A stretch of 63,834 bases of DNA, the filler included, from Octopus bimaculoides (taxonomy: Eukaryota), in assembly GCF_001194135.2 (NCBI RefSeq). It is 7 parts of 5 records of this genome, joined end to end, with 100 filler letters (N's around TTAATTAATTAA, not from the genome) between each part and the next. Parts side by side here need not be neighbours in the genome. Positions count along the whole stretch, not along the records: positions 43,793 to 59,154 come from NC_068992.1; positions 59,255 to 62,667 come from NC_069007.1; positions 62,768 to 63,834 come from NW_026316146.1; 4 more parts are not named here. One strand, given 5' to 3'. Positions within the stretch are counted from its first letter, which is position 1; the number at the start of each line of letters is the position of its first letter. The notes under the pieces were generated by a model. It was not told where the DNA came from and ran no database searches. It was given only the letters and a program-made list of their open reading frames with translations. A program made the translations under genes and the position numbers. This document shows, piece by piece, positions 50,085 to 63,752 of the stretch.

Positions 50085-50810
50085 GGACACATTAAAGGTA
50101 GTTGAGAAACTTAAAGAAGGCTGAGAAATTAACTCCTTACTAAAGTTAGGCACCAAGAATACAAATGAAATCTCGTTTTTAGACAAACATACAATTTAAA
50201 ACAGATACATTATGATAATATACACCAAATGATCAAATAAATGTATATACTTTCACAGAAACAGTGAATATGGAATCACCAACAAGATGCCAGTGGTAAA
50301 AATCACTCGTCAGAAGAGCATTTATATCCTTGTCCATAAATGGTGCACCACAGAAAGAAATACATAGAATAAAATAAACGTTAATTAACAACAGATATTC
50401 TAACAGCCTAGTAGATCAAGCTATAAAAAAAACCCAGACACAAATATAACAAATACATCGCAAAATACACCAATATATACACATTCATAAAACTGCACAT
50501 AAAATCTCATATAAATCAAATGCATGAAGACTATCGAAAGGATGAACCCATAATCAAAATCCTCATAAAACGGAACACAAAATATATCACATCGACTGCA
50601 ATCTCAGACAAATAATATACGACAAAAATAACAAAGCCAAAAAATGAAAAAAAAAACAACCTCTTTATCAATAAATGACCACACGCATGTGAATATATGA
50701 ATCCAGGAATAAGCTACTAATGACCAATGTAATCTATAAAGTTTGACTGTAAAACTGAAAGCCGCAAACTTCAAGGAGCTATGGCAAAACATTATAGCAT
50801 GCCATACAAA
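50085..50810 (+). mobile_element. Penelope-like element, highly decayed RT thumb/linker to GIY-YIG
   Basis: NEISFLD; SLVRRAFI; NRYSNSLVDQAI; NQMHEDYRKDE; NVIYK motifs across several frames. Confidence 0.6.
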
Positions 50811-50844
50811 ACAAAATCAGGTAGAAAGACACTATTTAAAAAAA

Positions 50845-51060
50845 ATCTTTTACTTGTTTTAGTCATAAGACTGCGGCCATGCTGGGGCACCACCTTGAAA
50901 CATCTTAAGCGAATGAATCGATGCTAGGACTTAATATTAAAAAAAACAATCCTGGTGCTTATTCTATCAGTATCTGTTGCAAAACGCTACCTTACGGGAA
51001 CGTAAACACATCAACAGCGGTTGTCAAGCAGTAGCGAGGATAAACACAGATACTAAGATA
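50845..51060 (-). mobile_element. SINE family C module
   Basis: GACTGCGGCCATGCTGGGGCACCACC...GGTTGTCAAGC. Confidence 0.8.
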
Positions 51061-51139
51061 TACATACAGACACTCACGCACAGGGGCACACAGACACACA
51101 GACACACACACAACCATGTGAGACAATACCTATGATAAC

Positions 51140-52519
51140 ATCAATAATGAAGCAAAACGAATAGCCACCGACCCAGACATTTCCGACAGGATAGAAATAG
51201 TAGCTAAACGTAATGATTTTATAGCTATCAAGGATCACAAACCAAACTTTGCTTCCAACCCTAAATGCTGCCTGACTTACCCTGCCAAATCCGAAATCGG
51301 ACTGGTGAGCAAACAAATCTTAAGAAGGGTTGATACAACCCTAAGGAAGGCATCTAATTTCTGTTTATTGTGTAACAAAATCGAGGTGTTACATTGGTTA
51401 GAGACCAAACGAAGCACTTTTAGAGCTAAGTCAATACAATTCGATGTAGTAGACTTTCATCCATCGATATCGAAAATGTTACTTGGTAGGGCATTAGAAT
51501 ATGCTAGACGAATTAGCGAAATAAGTGATAGAGAAATATATATAATTATGTACGCTAGGAAAACGCTACTGCTCAACCAGGATTCAACTTGGGTCAGAAG
51601 AACTGACCCAGAAGGCTCCTTCGACGTCGCAATGGGGGCATGCGACAGCGCTGACATTTGTGACCTTATAGGGTCTTACATCCTGTACACCGTGGGTAAT
51701 AAATCCCACTCTCTCCACTTCGGCTTATGTAGAAATGATACCTTGGACATCTCCAGAGGCGCTAACGGCCATACTTTAGATAAGCTTAGAAAAAACATCA
51801 TACACACACTAAACAACCTGGCCTTAAAATCACCATAGAGACTAACTTTACTGTAATGAACTCCTTCGATGTCACGCTTGATTTAGACAGTGGCACCTAC
51901 AGATCATACCAGAAACAGACTGATAGGCTATCATACATTAGTACAGCGTGCTGCCACCCACCCATCATGTTCAAAAACCTAATAAAAGGTATCAGTAAAC
52001 GGATTTCAATCTTATCTTCAAATAAGGATATTTTTGACGCAGCGGCTCCCGCTTACAAAGAGACGCTAGCGTCCAGCACGTTCAAGGACCATATAGTATA
52101 TACACCAGGATCGAGTAACCATAAAAGGAAACGCCACTACAAGACTTTGTGGTTTGCTCCTTGCTTCTCCCTAAAAGTCCGGACATGCGTAGGTAAGATT
52201 TTTCTTAGATTGGTTGATAAACATTTTACGTGATTACACAAATATAGAACGATCTTTAACATACATAATTTAAGAATCTCTTTTATATCTGCACCCAATG
52301 TTAAGAAAAAAATTACTTTCACTCCTAAACCGCGGACAGAGGCTGGTTGTTCAAGCAGGATTAGAAATGAATGTCCAGTGGACGACCGATGTAACACCGA
52401 GGCTACATTTTACCAAGCAAAAGTAGCTTCAAACAGAAGCAGCACAAATATCAGTAACATCAATGCCAACACAGGGACACACACTAAACTTTATGTCGGA
52501 TCTTGTGAATCCAAATTTA
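51140..52519 (+). mobile_element. Penelope-like element, RT plus start of GIY-YIG endonuclease (pseudogenised)
   Basis: KDHKPNF..NPKCCL..PAKSEIG.VSKQIL; FDVVDFHPSI; FDVAMGACDSADICDLIG; FDVTLDL; CHPP; CPVDDRCNTEATFYQAKV...YVGSCESKF, then a gap. Confidence 0.9.
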
Positions 52520-52684
52520 NNNNNNNNNNNNNNNNNNNNNNNNNNNNNNNNNNNNNNNNNNNNNNNNNNNNNNNNNNNNNNNNNNNNNNNNNNNNNNNNN
52601 NNNNNNNNNNNNNNNNNNNNNNNNNNNNNNNNNNNNNNNNNNNTATATATATATATATGCGTGTTTGTGTATGTTTGTGTTCAT

Positions 52685-52910
52685 GTTTGTTTCTCAACGC
52701 CGGTGTTGGTGTGTTTACGCACCCGTAATGTTCGTTTTGGTTTGGATACCATTGCTAATACTTCCACGACTGGTCAAGCGCAATTCCTTGAACGTGGTGT
52801 GTACCGTTTCGCTTTTTCTGTCATCGTCTTGAAGAAGAGAATAATAGAATAAGTAGCTGGGTTTAAAAAATCAGTACTGAGGTTCATTCTATCTGCATGG
52901 TCGCAGACTA
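52685..52910 (+). mobile_element. SINE family C module, interrupted and diverged
   Basis: GGTGTTGGTGTGTTTACG...ATGGTCGCAGACTAATGACTGAAA. Confidence 0.55.
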
Positions 52911-53441
52911 ATGACTGAAATAATTAAAAGATAAGAAAACAAGCCAAAATATACATATAAGTTACATTAAGTATCTGTCTTCATTAGTTTCTCATTAAAT
53001 AAAATAAATCTATGGCGTACTTGCTTACATAATTACATTCATTTTAATTATTTGAAATATTATATTTTTTACTTAACTAATTTATGTGCTTTATTTATTC
53101 CACACAAGCAAAACATTATAAATGAGAGACTTTATTTTTCCTGAAATATCTTGTGGATTAGCTAATGAGATTAATCTTCAGTAAACAAGGTGTCTATTCG
53201 GTTTGTCATACGCATACTTTACACAGTAATCAGTGATATAACGAGGTGGATACAACGTACAACGGCCTCTATTATTTTTATTTGAATTTGGTTAAGGGAA
53301 ATATATGAGATTTTAAGTAACATTTTATAAATACTCATATCAAGATGACGTAAATGTTTACATAAGTTTTCAATAACAGAGGCTTCGAATTATTCGTATG
53401 CTAACTAGAATATACACAGAATTATATGGTATTTTGCTGTT

Positions 53442-53475
<34 letters not shown>

Positions 53476-54404
53476 NNNNNNNNNNNNNNNNNNNNNNNNN
53501 NNNNNNNNNNNNNNNNNNNNNNNNNNNNNNNNNNNNNNNNNNNNNNNNNNNNNNNNNNNNNNNNNNNNNNNNNNNNNNNNNNNNNNNNNNNNNNNNNNNN
53601 NNNNNNNNNNNNNNNNNNNNNNNNNNNNNNNNNNNNNNNNNNNNNNNNNNNNNNNNNNNNNNNNNNNNNNNNNNNNNNNNNNNNNNNNNNNNNNNNNNNN
53701 NNNNNNNNNNNNNNNNNNNNNNNNNNNNNNNNNNNNNNNNNNNNNNNNNNNNNNNNNNNNNNNNNNNNNNNNNNNNNNNNNNNNNNNNNNNNNNNNNNNN
53801 NNNNNNNNNNNNNNNNATATATATACTCGCTGATTTTGGAGAGCGACTGGTGTGAATTCGTGGTCATTTGCACAAGCCTGGAAACGGATCAGGTTTCAGT
53901 TCCAAAATAAACTCTTCTCCACATCTTAACCCCGAACGCTAACTAAAAAAAGAATTCAGTATTGGCTTCGAGACTGGTGAAATGGATAGACCTTTAAAGA
54001 AGCTGCACCGATAATAGTGTCAGGTTGTATACGCAACTGCCAATTGTCTGTGCAGTGTGCAGTGGAAACACGTGTAGGCAATAATGATATACTGTATAAA
54101 ATTGTTAAATGAGAGAAAATATATTTTGTGGTTGAACAAGTCTCTATACTCTACACACACACACAAACATACAAAAACGCACACACAAACATCCACACAC
54201 ATATATATTTACACACACACACAACATATATATATCTCTGAAAGAGGAAACAAGCGCCGAGGCATAACAATCATCTCAAGTGATATACATCATTTTATAT
54301 TATTCTTGAATAAGTTACAGCACTTACCCAGCGTACCTATTCGTTTACATCACCATATTCTGAACTAAACCCCCATATTCTGTAAATATATATATATACA
54401 CACG

Positions 54405-54515
54405 TCAGGCTTCGTTCAGTTTCCATCTGTCAAATCCACTCAAGAGGCTTTAATCAACCCGATGCTATACTAGCCACGCAGTGGGATTGAATCCGAAGCA
54501 TGTGGTTGGCCAGCG
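54405..54515 (-). mobile_element. SINE family A, partial
   Basis: CAGTTTCCATCTGTCAAATCCACTCAAG...GCCACGCAGTGGGA. Confidence 0.75.
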
Positions 54516-54995
54516 ATAATTACAAAAATTCAAGGTTCTCTAATAAAACTTACATGCAATAACCTTTATTAAGATCGGTCAACAGTTATGAAAAATCTAT
54601 AGAAATTTACACAACGCTTGCAAAAGGACTAAATGCGGCAGTTGGAAGGAATCTAGAGATGAGAGATAAGCATCTACTCTAGTCTAAATAACCGTGATGC
54701 TAACAAGACAATGTACGGCAAGAGAAATGGCTATATACATCATCCATTTCGTGGTAGAAGCCCTGGAAATCAAATATATAGTGAATATGAGTAAGAATTC
54801 AATGATTCAAAATATCGAATTAAATGCGGTCCGTGTTGCAGGAAATCCATTTCAGACTCAGTAGGAAATCGACAAAAAACAATAGACAAGGGATANNNNN
54901 NNNNNNNNNNNNNNNNNNNNNNNNNNNNNNNNNNNNNNNNNNNNNNNNNNNNNNNNNNNNNNNNNNNNNNNNNNNNNNNNNNNNNNNNNNNNNNN

Positions 54996-54996
<1 letters not shown>

Positions 54997-55026
<30 letters not shown>

Positions 55027-55088
55027 CACATATACATACATATATTTATGTATCTCTTCATATGTATATGTATATCTATCTATCTATT

Positions 55089-55119
<31 letters not shown>

Positions 55120-55143
55120 ACATATGTATGTACATGCATATTC

Positions 55144-55176
<33 letters not shown>

Positions 55177-55258
55177 CACTTACATACACATATATGTTTA
55201 CGTTACATATATGTATAAACACATATAAATATATATATATATACACACATATATATGC

Positions 55259-55342
<84 letters not shown>

Positions 55343-55359
55343 ATATACACACACATATA

Positions 55360-55393
<34 letters not shown>

Positions 55394-55430
55394 TGTATGT
55401 ATGCTGGTGCACATACACATACAAGTTTGT
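54997..55430. repeat. Compound (AT)/(AC)/(GT) low-complexity tract
   Basis: Direct inspection. Confidence 0.9.
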
Positions 55431-55689
55431 ATATGCTTGATGTGCGCACTTAGTTAAGCTCCCTTCAGTGAAGTAATGTTCTAATATATGAAGATACCTT
55501 GACAGCCGAGTGCAGTTGGTTCAAACAGACTGTGCCATCGCCTAGACATCAAGTGAAGGCTAAAATATAAGATCCTTACTAAATATATCGTTTTGTTTTT
55601 TTTTTTAATTTTCTTTTTACTTTGTAGTCTAAATTTAGAAAACACCTGAAAATATTAAGACTGGGGATTAGATGAAATTGTGAAACAAG

Positions 55690-55786
55690 TCGAATCATCG
55701 TCATCGCCATCATCAGCATCACCATCGCTTTCATCATCAAAATCATCATCATAATCATCGTCATCATCATTGTCATCGTCATTGTG

Positions 55787-55824
<38 letters not shown>

Positions 55825-55940
55825 TATTTTCATTATTTTTGCTATTATCATCATTTCTGTCATCATTGTTGTCATCAACATCATCACCATCATCACCATT
55901 ATCATCATCATCAACATCATCATCATCATCATCATCAACA
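55690..55940. repeat. Degenerate (ATC)n tract
   Basis: Direct inspection. Confidence 0.9.
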
Positions 55941-56149
55941 ATTCATGGATGTTAGTCTTCCGTCCTAGGACTCAAAGAGCTACTGACCAGGTTTCCATGG
56001 CGTGTAAGTTCCAGAAACCACCCCCTGCACCCTGAATAGGAACCCAGTCGGTTACAGGTTTACTTGTAACACAAAGAACACAAAAGACGTGGTGAGGACG
56101 CAAAACTCGGTCCGTAAATCGAAAACTCGTTCTTGCCATTGTGAGTTCA

Positions 56150-56627
56150 ATGAATAATGAAGATTTATAGATAATTTAAGGAAGAAGGGAGAAAAACGAA
56201 ACCATACCACAGTCAAAGTATCACACTAGACCAGTCAAGGGAAACATTAGCAATGTTGTTAAAAGAAAACAGAACATTACATATATCATAGACTTAGAAG
56301 GCGATTCTTAATCCTGTGCATCACAGTAGTGTTCGCAGCCATTAATTAATTTTTTTAAAATTTTGCAGTAATTTCTGCTTACATATATTTCTTACGCTTT
56401 TGATGGGTAACTATAATAATGTCTTAGCATGTTTTAGATATGCTCTGTTTTAGAGTGCTACATATGTGTCTGAATACAGTTACATGAATAATGAATATTT
56501 ATAGATAATTTAAGGAAGAAGAGAGAAAACCGAAGCTATACCACAGTCAGGGTATTACACTAGACCAATCGAGAGAAACATAAGCAATTTTCTTAAAAGA
56601 AAACATAACATTACATCTATCATGAAC
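56150..56627. repeat. Diverged local duplication: ~144-bp units at 56150-56293 and 56484-56627
   Basis: ATGAATAATGAA.ATTTATAGATAATTTAAGGAAGAAG...CACTAGACCA...AAAAGAAAACA.AACATTACAT occurs in both. Confidence 0.85.
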
Positions 56628-58264
56628 TATGCCAATACTTTTTGTATTCCAATTTTTTACGCAACTATCGTTAGTACAATGTACATAAAGCATCACTGTT
56701 AGCATCATAACAGGTTGTGCTTACGCAATGAAACAAGAATACCAAAACTGAAAATCTAAGGTGTAGATTTTGTTGTTGCAACAGTTTAGAGATATTCTCA
56801 CACTGCGGAAAGCTAATTTGAATTATTCACACACATATGCAGCACTCTGAAAAAAAGCATTACTTAAACAAGCTAAAATATTATTATAGTCAACCATCAC
56901 AAGCGGAAGGAACATGTATAAGTAGAAATAGCTGCTACATTAAAAGCTAGGTTAAAGGCCAGGAACACTACTACGATGCACAGCATTAAGAATAGCTTCT
57001 AATTGTGTACGTCCATTGAGACTATCTTTAGAATCTTTAGGGGTAGATTAGACACAGAAAGGAATATAAAGTGTCCATAGTGTCACGCTGCGCCACGTAC
57101 GAATCAAAGAAGCGTTTCGGAGAGTGCTCTTTGATTGGCTCTTCATCTGCATATAGACATTACGTATCTGGAAAGATGGATCTGTATGTCACGTCTCATC
57201 GTTCTTGAAAGTACTTGTTTACTACAAAAGCGTTCAATCACAGATGAATAGGGGTGATACAACAACTTGAAATCTTGTCGAGGTCGACTTTGCAGTTCAT
57301 CTTCAACAGGCGAATAAAATATATACCAATTAAAAACTGACGTCGATTTAATTGATTACACTTCTCTCCCAAAAGTGTGTAGAGTTGTGTAGGAATATAT
57401 AGCCTTTGTAAGAAACAGATCAAAAGTCTCCCTTTCTATTGAAATGCTGCTATGAAGTCAATAACGAAATTCTAAATCTTCTATAATTGACATTTCATGT
57501 CAGAGATGATTATTGGGAAGCTTTCTTTTAACTTCTATCATATCTCATTAATTGCCTAATAACCTTTGCTATTTTAATTACTTGACATTCAGGCTCCATC
57601 ATTTACTTACCAATACCCGTTGCTATTTCGTTCGTCTTCAGATTGTTGTTTGGTCAATAAGAATGCTTTGATGAATTTAAAGAGATTTATACAAAGCTAT
57701 TAGACACAGGAAAGACAGTCATTATCATCAGAACATCAGAAGAATAGAAGAATTAATAGTTTCTACATGCATTTGAAAATGTATCTCACCACTGGATTGT
57801 TCCGCAATAGTGAAGGTGAACATTTTTCGTGAAGTATATGGAAAATAACAATCATAAATACACATATATGAATACATACATACACACACACACAAGTATA
57901 TATGTATGTATATATATATATATNNNNNNNNNNNNNNNNNNNNNNNNNNNNNNNNNNNNNNNNNNNNNNNNNNNNNNNNNNNNNNNNNNNNNNNNNNNNN
58001 NNNNNNNNNNNNNNNNNNNNNNNNNNNNNNNNNNNNNNNNNNNNNNNNNNNNNNNNNNNNNNNNNNNNNNNNNNNNNNNNNNNNNNNNNNNNNNNNNNNN
58101 NNNNNNNNNNNNNNNNNNNNNNNNNNNNNNNNNNNNNNNNNNNNNNNNNNNNNNNNNNNNNNNNNNNNNNNNNNNNNNNNNNNNNNNNNNNNNNNNNNNN
58201 NNNNNNNNNNNNNNNNNNNNNNNNNNNNNNNNNNNNNNNNNNNNNNNNNNNNNNNNNNNNNNNN

Positions 58265-58319
<55 letters not shown>

Positions 58320-58789
58320 CCGTATACATGTCTGCGACATCTCGGAGTATGAAAATAATGTGTTGATGCTGCTGCAATTTGTCAATGATATCTTTCTTGA
58401 AATTCCCAATTTATCTACGCCAACAGCAGAAAATTCGTTCAGACTTCGAAAATGGCTAATCTACAAATCACTGAAGATATTTTTTTGTTTTAAATAGAAA
58501 ACAGAAGAAAATAATGCTAAAGAAACAAGAGCTAAAACATAAAAATAAAAATAAAAATAATATAAATAAAATCTTAATAATAAATGAAGGCCTACAATAA
58601 ACACAGTGTAGATGAATAAATATAATTTAAAATATAACAAATAGCAAGAAAACAATAAACGTATCTGACATTATTTTTATTCATTATTTTGAATATTGCT
58701 TTCTGGTAGATAAGGAAGCTATTACAAGCGAAATGATTGGAGCTGTAGTCATGTTGCATTAGATGATGCATTTTAATATTGCAATTATT

Positions 58790-59119
58790 ATTGTTGTTGT
58801 TGTTGCTGACATCATTATTTATATTATCGTTATTATTTATAGTGGCGATGACAATAGTTTTGTCGTCATCGTCACTACCACCACCACGACAATCATCGTC
58901 ATCAGCATCATCATCCTCATCGTCGTCCTCGTTGTCGTCTTCGTCGTGACCTTCGTCGTCGTCTTCATCATCATCATCGTCGTCATCGTCATCATCGTCA
59001 TCATCATCGTCATCATCATTATCATCATCATCATCGTCATCATCGTCATCAAATGTCATCATCATCATCATCATTATCATCATCATCATCATCACCATCA
59101 TCGCCACCACTATTATTGC

Positions 59120-59154
<35 letters not shown>

Positions 59155-59155
59155 N
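58790..59155. repeat. Compound (CAT)/(CGT)/(TAT) triplet tract
   Basis: Direct inspection. Confidence 0.9.
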
Positions 59156-59839
59156 NNNNNNNNNNNNNNNNNNNNNNNNNNNNNNNNNNNNNNNNNNNTT
59201 AATTAATTAANNNNNNNNNNNNNNNNNNNNNNNNNNNNNNNNNNNNNNNNNNNNGCCTTGTGCCTATAATAGAAAGGTTTATTAGCTACTGCCAATACGC
59301 TTCAGCCATTTTTTGACAAGGAAATAATAATTTTATCACCGCCAGAATCGTTTGAGAATCGTTTGTTTACGTAGTCAGCACTTAATGTATATCGGCTGAA
59401 TGGACGTCAGTCATTGGTTGAAATTACAGAAATACGACAACTTTAACATGAAATAACTTGCGATGTACGTTTTTTTGTTAAGAAGACTAAGAGAAAAAGA
59501 TGTTTTATATGACACATTCTACCAGTGTCCCAAGTTTCAAAGTGTTTCGTTAAGAAAATACTGGTGTCCCCGTTTTGAACAAAGATCCACTGTAAATGTG
59601 TGTCCGAAAGTGGATTTCTGTTTTTATATTCTTCTGTTTCTCCTGTTCTTCCTCGTTTATTTTTGCAATGGCCACAAAAATCAGAATCGGTAGTGATGTG
59701 GCGAGACCGTTCACTGAGGAAGGCAGCGTGGTGGTCTGGATAATGAAGGTGAGACTAGTGGTGCAGCTGCAGGGAATAGAAGATATCAATATTTATATGA
59801 ATATACATGAATACTCCACAACATAGCTGCATTCATATT

Positions 59840-60045
59840 GTTCCCCCTACCCCACCAACATCGCTTGACAACCGATGCTGGTGTGTTTACGTCCCCGTAA
59901 CTTAGCCGTTCGGCAAAAGAGACAGATAGAGTAAGTACTAGGCTTACAAAGAATAAGTCCTGGGGTCGATTTGCTCGACTAAAGGCGGTGCTCCAGCATG
60001 GCCGCAGTCAAATGACTGAAACAAGTAAAAGAGAAAAGAGTAAAA
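59840..60045 (+). mobile_element. SINE family C module, near consensus
   Basis: CATCGCTTGACAACCGATGCTGGTGTGTTTACGTCCCCGTAACTTAGC...GACTGAAACAAGTAAAAG. Confidence 0.9.
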
Positions 60046-60069
60046 GAGTAATAGTGCAGTTTTATATTC

Positions 60070-60195
60070 AAGAGATGAGGAATTATGTACATTATTTACC
60101 TTATTTACAATTGACAGATATTTGTCATCTCGTTTGGTGTTAACAACAAACAAAATGAGGACAAATATCCGTCAATTGTAAATAATGTAAATAAT
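60070..60195. mobile_element. Internally deleted derivative of the 5411-5865 foldback
   Basis: The same termini (AAGAGATGAGGAATTATGTACATTATTTAC...; ...GAGGACAAATATCCGTCAATTGTAAATAATGTAAATAAT) are joined without the hammerhead arms. Confidence 0.8.
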
Positions 60196-60726
60196 ATAGA
60201 TAGTAGTGTTTTAAGATGAATCCAAATACACAAAGGGTAATTATGTTAAAATCATATAGACTGATTCGACTAAAAAATCATTCTTCAAGGCGCTGCCCCA
60301 GCATGGTCTCAGTCAATTAAATGAAACAATTGAACGATAAAAGATCCCCAAAATAACTGCAAAAGTACATGAAACCTAGATTTTTCTAGAAAGAAAAATC
60401 AGATGAACACTTGAAAATCTTCAAGTGGTTGAAAGAATTTTTAACAAGACTCTTGGACTCTTCTCTTGTCCAAATTCCACTCGTCAATGCCTACTCACAC
60501 ATCCTGTTGTGCTCACAGACACAAACTTCAAAACCCTTGTCTTATCCATCTGCGTTGTCCAAGCCACGCTCTCTACTCTAGCACGCGTCGGTTTGGGTCA
60601 CTGCTTATCTTTTTATCTTTCAATTGTTTCAATCGTTAAGGATGCGACCATGCTGGAAAATAATCTTGAGTTTTTTTTTTGTATTTGTATTCGCATGTTA
60701 TTTGAACAAATCGACACCAACTCTTA

Positions 60727-60765
<39 letters not shown>

Positions 60766-61029
60766 GCCAAGATGAAGAGCGCGATTAGATTGTATAGATG
60801 TTTTATTCGTTGAACGATATTTCAACAGTACGTCTGTCTTTGTCAAGTACAAAACAAAAGGTGATTAAAAATTAAAAATTACAGAAATCTAAACGTAAAC
60901 TATGAACGAGAGTAACCAGCGTCCATTCGTTGATGAAATGACATCATCGGTTTTTAAGTTTTATAACAGGCAGAAAGAAAGAAAAAAAAATAGAAAAAGG
61001 AAGACGACAGAAAAAAAAGGAAAGAAAAA

Positions 61030-61410
61030 GAGAGAAAGAAGAATATTCAATCAAACAGTTTTGTATAAATTTCATGATATTTTCCTGTCATCTTATTCAT
61101 TCCTCCAGGGCCTGATGTTAATAACACGCAGAAATCATAATAGAAATGTTATGATTTATACAGAAGGGGGAACCTGCAAAGATCCCCATTTAGTGTACGG
61201 TGCAGAATGCACGAAACACAACTTNNNNNNNNNNAAGTGCATATTCTCAAAAAATATTCTGAATCTACCCCACTTTCACTTCTCAGAATGTATGAGGAGA
61301 AATATGTTTGCGGGTTATTAACATCACGCCCTGGAGGAATGAATAAGATGACAGGAGAATATCATTAAATTTATACAAAACTGTTTGATTGAATATTCTT
61401 TTTCTCTTTT
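61030..61410. mobile_element. Foldback with ~100-bp arms spanning a 10-N gap
   Basis: GAATATTCAATCAAACAGTTTTGTATAAAT...CCTCCAGGGC is mirrored at 61310-61410. Confidence 0.7.
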
Positions 61411-61899
61411 TCTTTGCTATTATGCAGAAATGTCAAAGTCCAGAGCGTTGCTTTTTTTCAGAAAACGAACTAATAGTTTCACCATTCTAATTCCTTTTAC
61501 ATTCGCAACAGTTTAAGCTGAACAATTATACTTTGTTGGGTGCATAAAATCCTGACTCCATTGCTTGTATAGATATTTTCAGTCAGAAATATTTTTTCAA
61601 AAGTGTCGTATGTGGGACTTACTACACTTTTGAAAAAATGCTAGACCGTTGTACTACACTTTGACAATTTTCATGCCTTGGCATCTGAAGCAACTGGAGA
61701 TACGATAGTTTGACCAAAAGAACCGGCTATTGCAAGCAAAGTTAGATATTGAAAAAACGCGTTTGGCCAAATTTGGAAATACGACAGTTTAACATAATAG
61801 CAACGATATGTCACCTGACAGTTAATCAAAACCATTTAATTCCAAGATTTATTTATTTTTTAACAACTGAATGAATTTAATAAAAGCATCTAAATATGA

Positions 61900-62165
61900 G
61901 ACGTCGTGAATATTGTTCAAACTGAAGTCCTTCTTGAGCGATGGAAGTGTGACAACGTTTTCCTCTTCTTACATCACCATGAAGTGGCTTCCACAAGACT
62001 AATTTGGATGCTTCCAGTTCAGGGTGGAGCATGCAGTGAACAAATAGACGCAACCGTCTTTGCCTGATCTTCTCCCTAACTTTCGGCAGATCTCCGTAAA
62101 GGCATTTATTTGCTGTATGTGACTGCCGTTTCATACTTAGGGCCATATTTTCATACAACATTTAG
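61900..62165 (-). mobile_element. RTE-clade LINE C-terminal fragment
   Basis: NKCLYGDLPKVREKIRQRRLRLFVHCMLHPELEASKLVLWKPLHG. Confidence 0.8.
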
Positions 62166-62617
62166 ATTTAAGGCAAAGTAACATCCTGTTTATTCTGCGC
62201 TAATTTTTTTTTTCTTTTAAGTCTTTTTGTAAACGAAAAAAATTAAGGAAGGTAAAAGCTGGAAGTGAAATTTGTAATTTTCGAATTCAAGTAATGTTTT
62301 GTAAAGAAATTTGTTGAAACTGTAAAACCTTACAATTGTGCAGTAATTTTTGAAGTAAATGCTTGAAACATTATAGTTGTAAATATGTTTGTGTGTGTGT
62401 GTGTGTGTACGAATATATATTTATGTATATATGCGTGTAAGCATGTATGTTTCTATGCTTGCATATATGTATGTCTGAATGTATGCATGCATGCATGTAT
62501 GTATATATACACACGTGTGTGTATGTATGTATACATGTATGTATACTATAGTATCTATGTGTATATCCATACATTCATGCATACATATATATACACATGT
62601 GTGCATGAGTGTATATA

Positions 62618-62667
<50 letters not shown>

Positions 62668-62769
62668 NNNNNNNNNNNNNNNNNNNNNNNNNNNNNNNNN
62701 NNNNNNNNNNNTTAATTAATTAANNNNNNNNNNNNNNNNNNNNNNNNNNNNNNNNNNNNNNNNNNNNAA

Positions 62770-63050
62770 AAACACCTAAAAGCTCCACGAGGCTCCGGCA
62801 GGGGATGGTGGTGAACCCTGCTGTAATCTTTCACCGCAACTTTCTCTCGCTCTTTCTTCCTGTTTCTGTTGTGCCTGTAATTCAAAGGGCCAGCCCTGTC
62901 ACTCTCTCTGTCACGCTGAATCCCCCCGAGAACTACGTGTCTGTGGAGTGCTGGGCCACTTGCACGTTAATTTCACGAGCAGGCTGTTCCGTTGATCGGA
63001 TCCACTGGAACCCTCGACGTCGTAAGCGACGGAGTGCCAACAGCATATAT
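62770..63050 (+). mobile_element. SINE family D, 3' body
   Basis: TGTAATTCAAAGGGCCAGCC...CACGTTAATTTCACGAGCAGGCTG matches the reverse complement of 2132-2260. Confidence 0.75.
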
Positions 63051-63479
63051 GTATATACAGACAAGTGTATGTGCATCTCTGTCTGTCTGTCTGTCTGTAT
63101 ATATATATATATATGTATTTAATTTTATAAATATGATTATAGAATTATAATAACAGCAATTACTGAGTAATACCACATGCTATGAGAAGATGTCAAATGG
63201 CTCTAAAACTACCTTATTTATGACGTAGACACAAAAAAAAACAACAACGTGAGGAGGTGGTACATGTAAAGTATTAGCAGACGCTCAGTGAAGGAAAGAA
63301 AGGTGGTTTTTACGTTTCGAGCAAAAACTCTTCTTCAGAAACAGGAGACAAAGGAAAGTCCAATAGAAAAGGAGGACGAGGAGAAAAATTGCCAACGATT
63401 TACATGTGGTTACATTTTGAAATATATATATGTATTTGTGTGTTTGTGCTTTCCCTTCCTAAGATCGCGTAGAAGTTGT

Positions 63480-63625
63480 AAATGAGCACCACCGACATAC
63501 AAACGGTGTCATTACCTTGTTTCGGACCAAGTGAGCGTTAACGACAGGAAGGGTATCCGGTTGCAGACGATCTGCCTCAAAGTATTCCATCTGAACCATG
63601 CAAGCATGGAAAAGTGGGCGCAAAA
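63480..63625 (+). mobile_element. SINE 3' fragment ending in (GAT)n-like sequence
   Basis: ACGACAGGAAGGGTATCCGG...CCATGCAAGCATGGAAAAGTGG, a recalled SINE-tail motif. Confidence 0.45.
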
Positions 63626-63702
63626 GCGATGATGATCATGGTGATGATAACGATGAAGATGACAGAGACACATGTACGTATGTATGTGTGTGTATCTATC
63701 TG

Positions 63703-63752
<50 letters not shown>

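Noticed and set aside
58592-59110. Asp-rich 172-aa ORF resembling acidic biomineralisation proteins
   Set aside because: It is the translation of a compound triplet microsatellite; all frames give homopolymeric peptides and there is no splice or signal-peptide support.
59460-59600. Possible piggyBac cysteine-rich tail (YDTFYQCPK)
   Set aside because: Most of the required cysteines are absent and no TTAA-bounded TIR was found.
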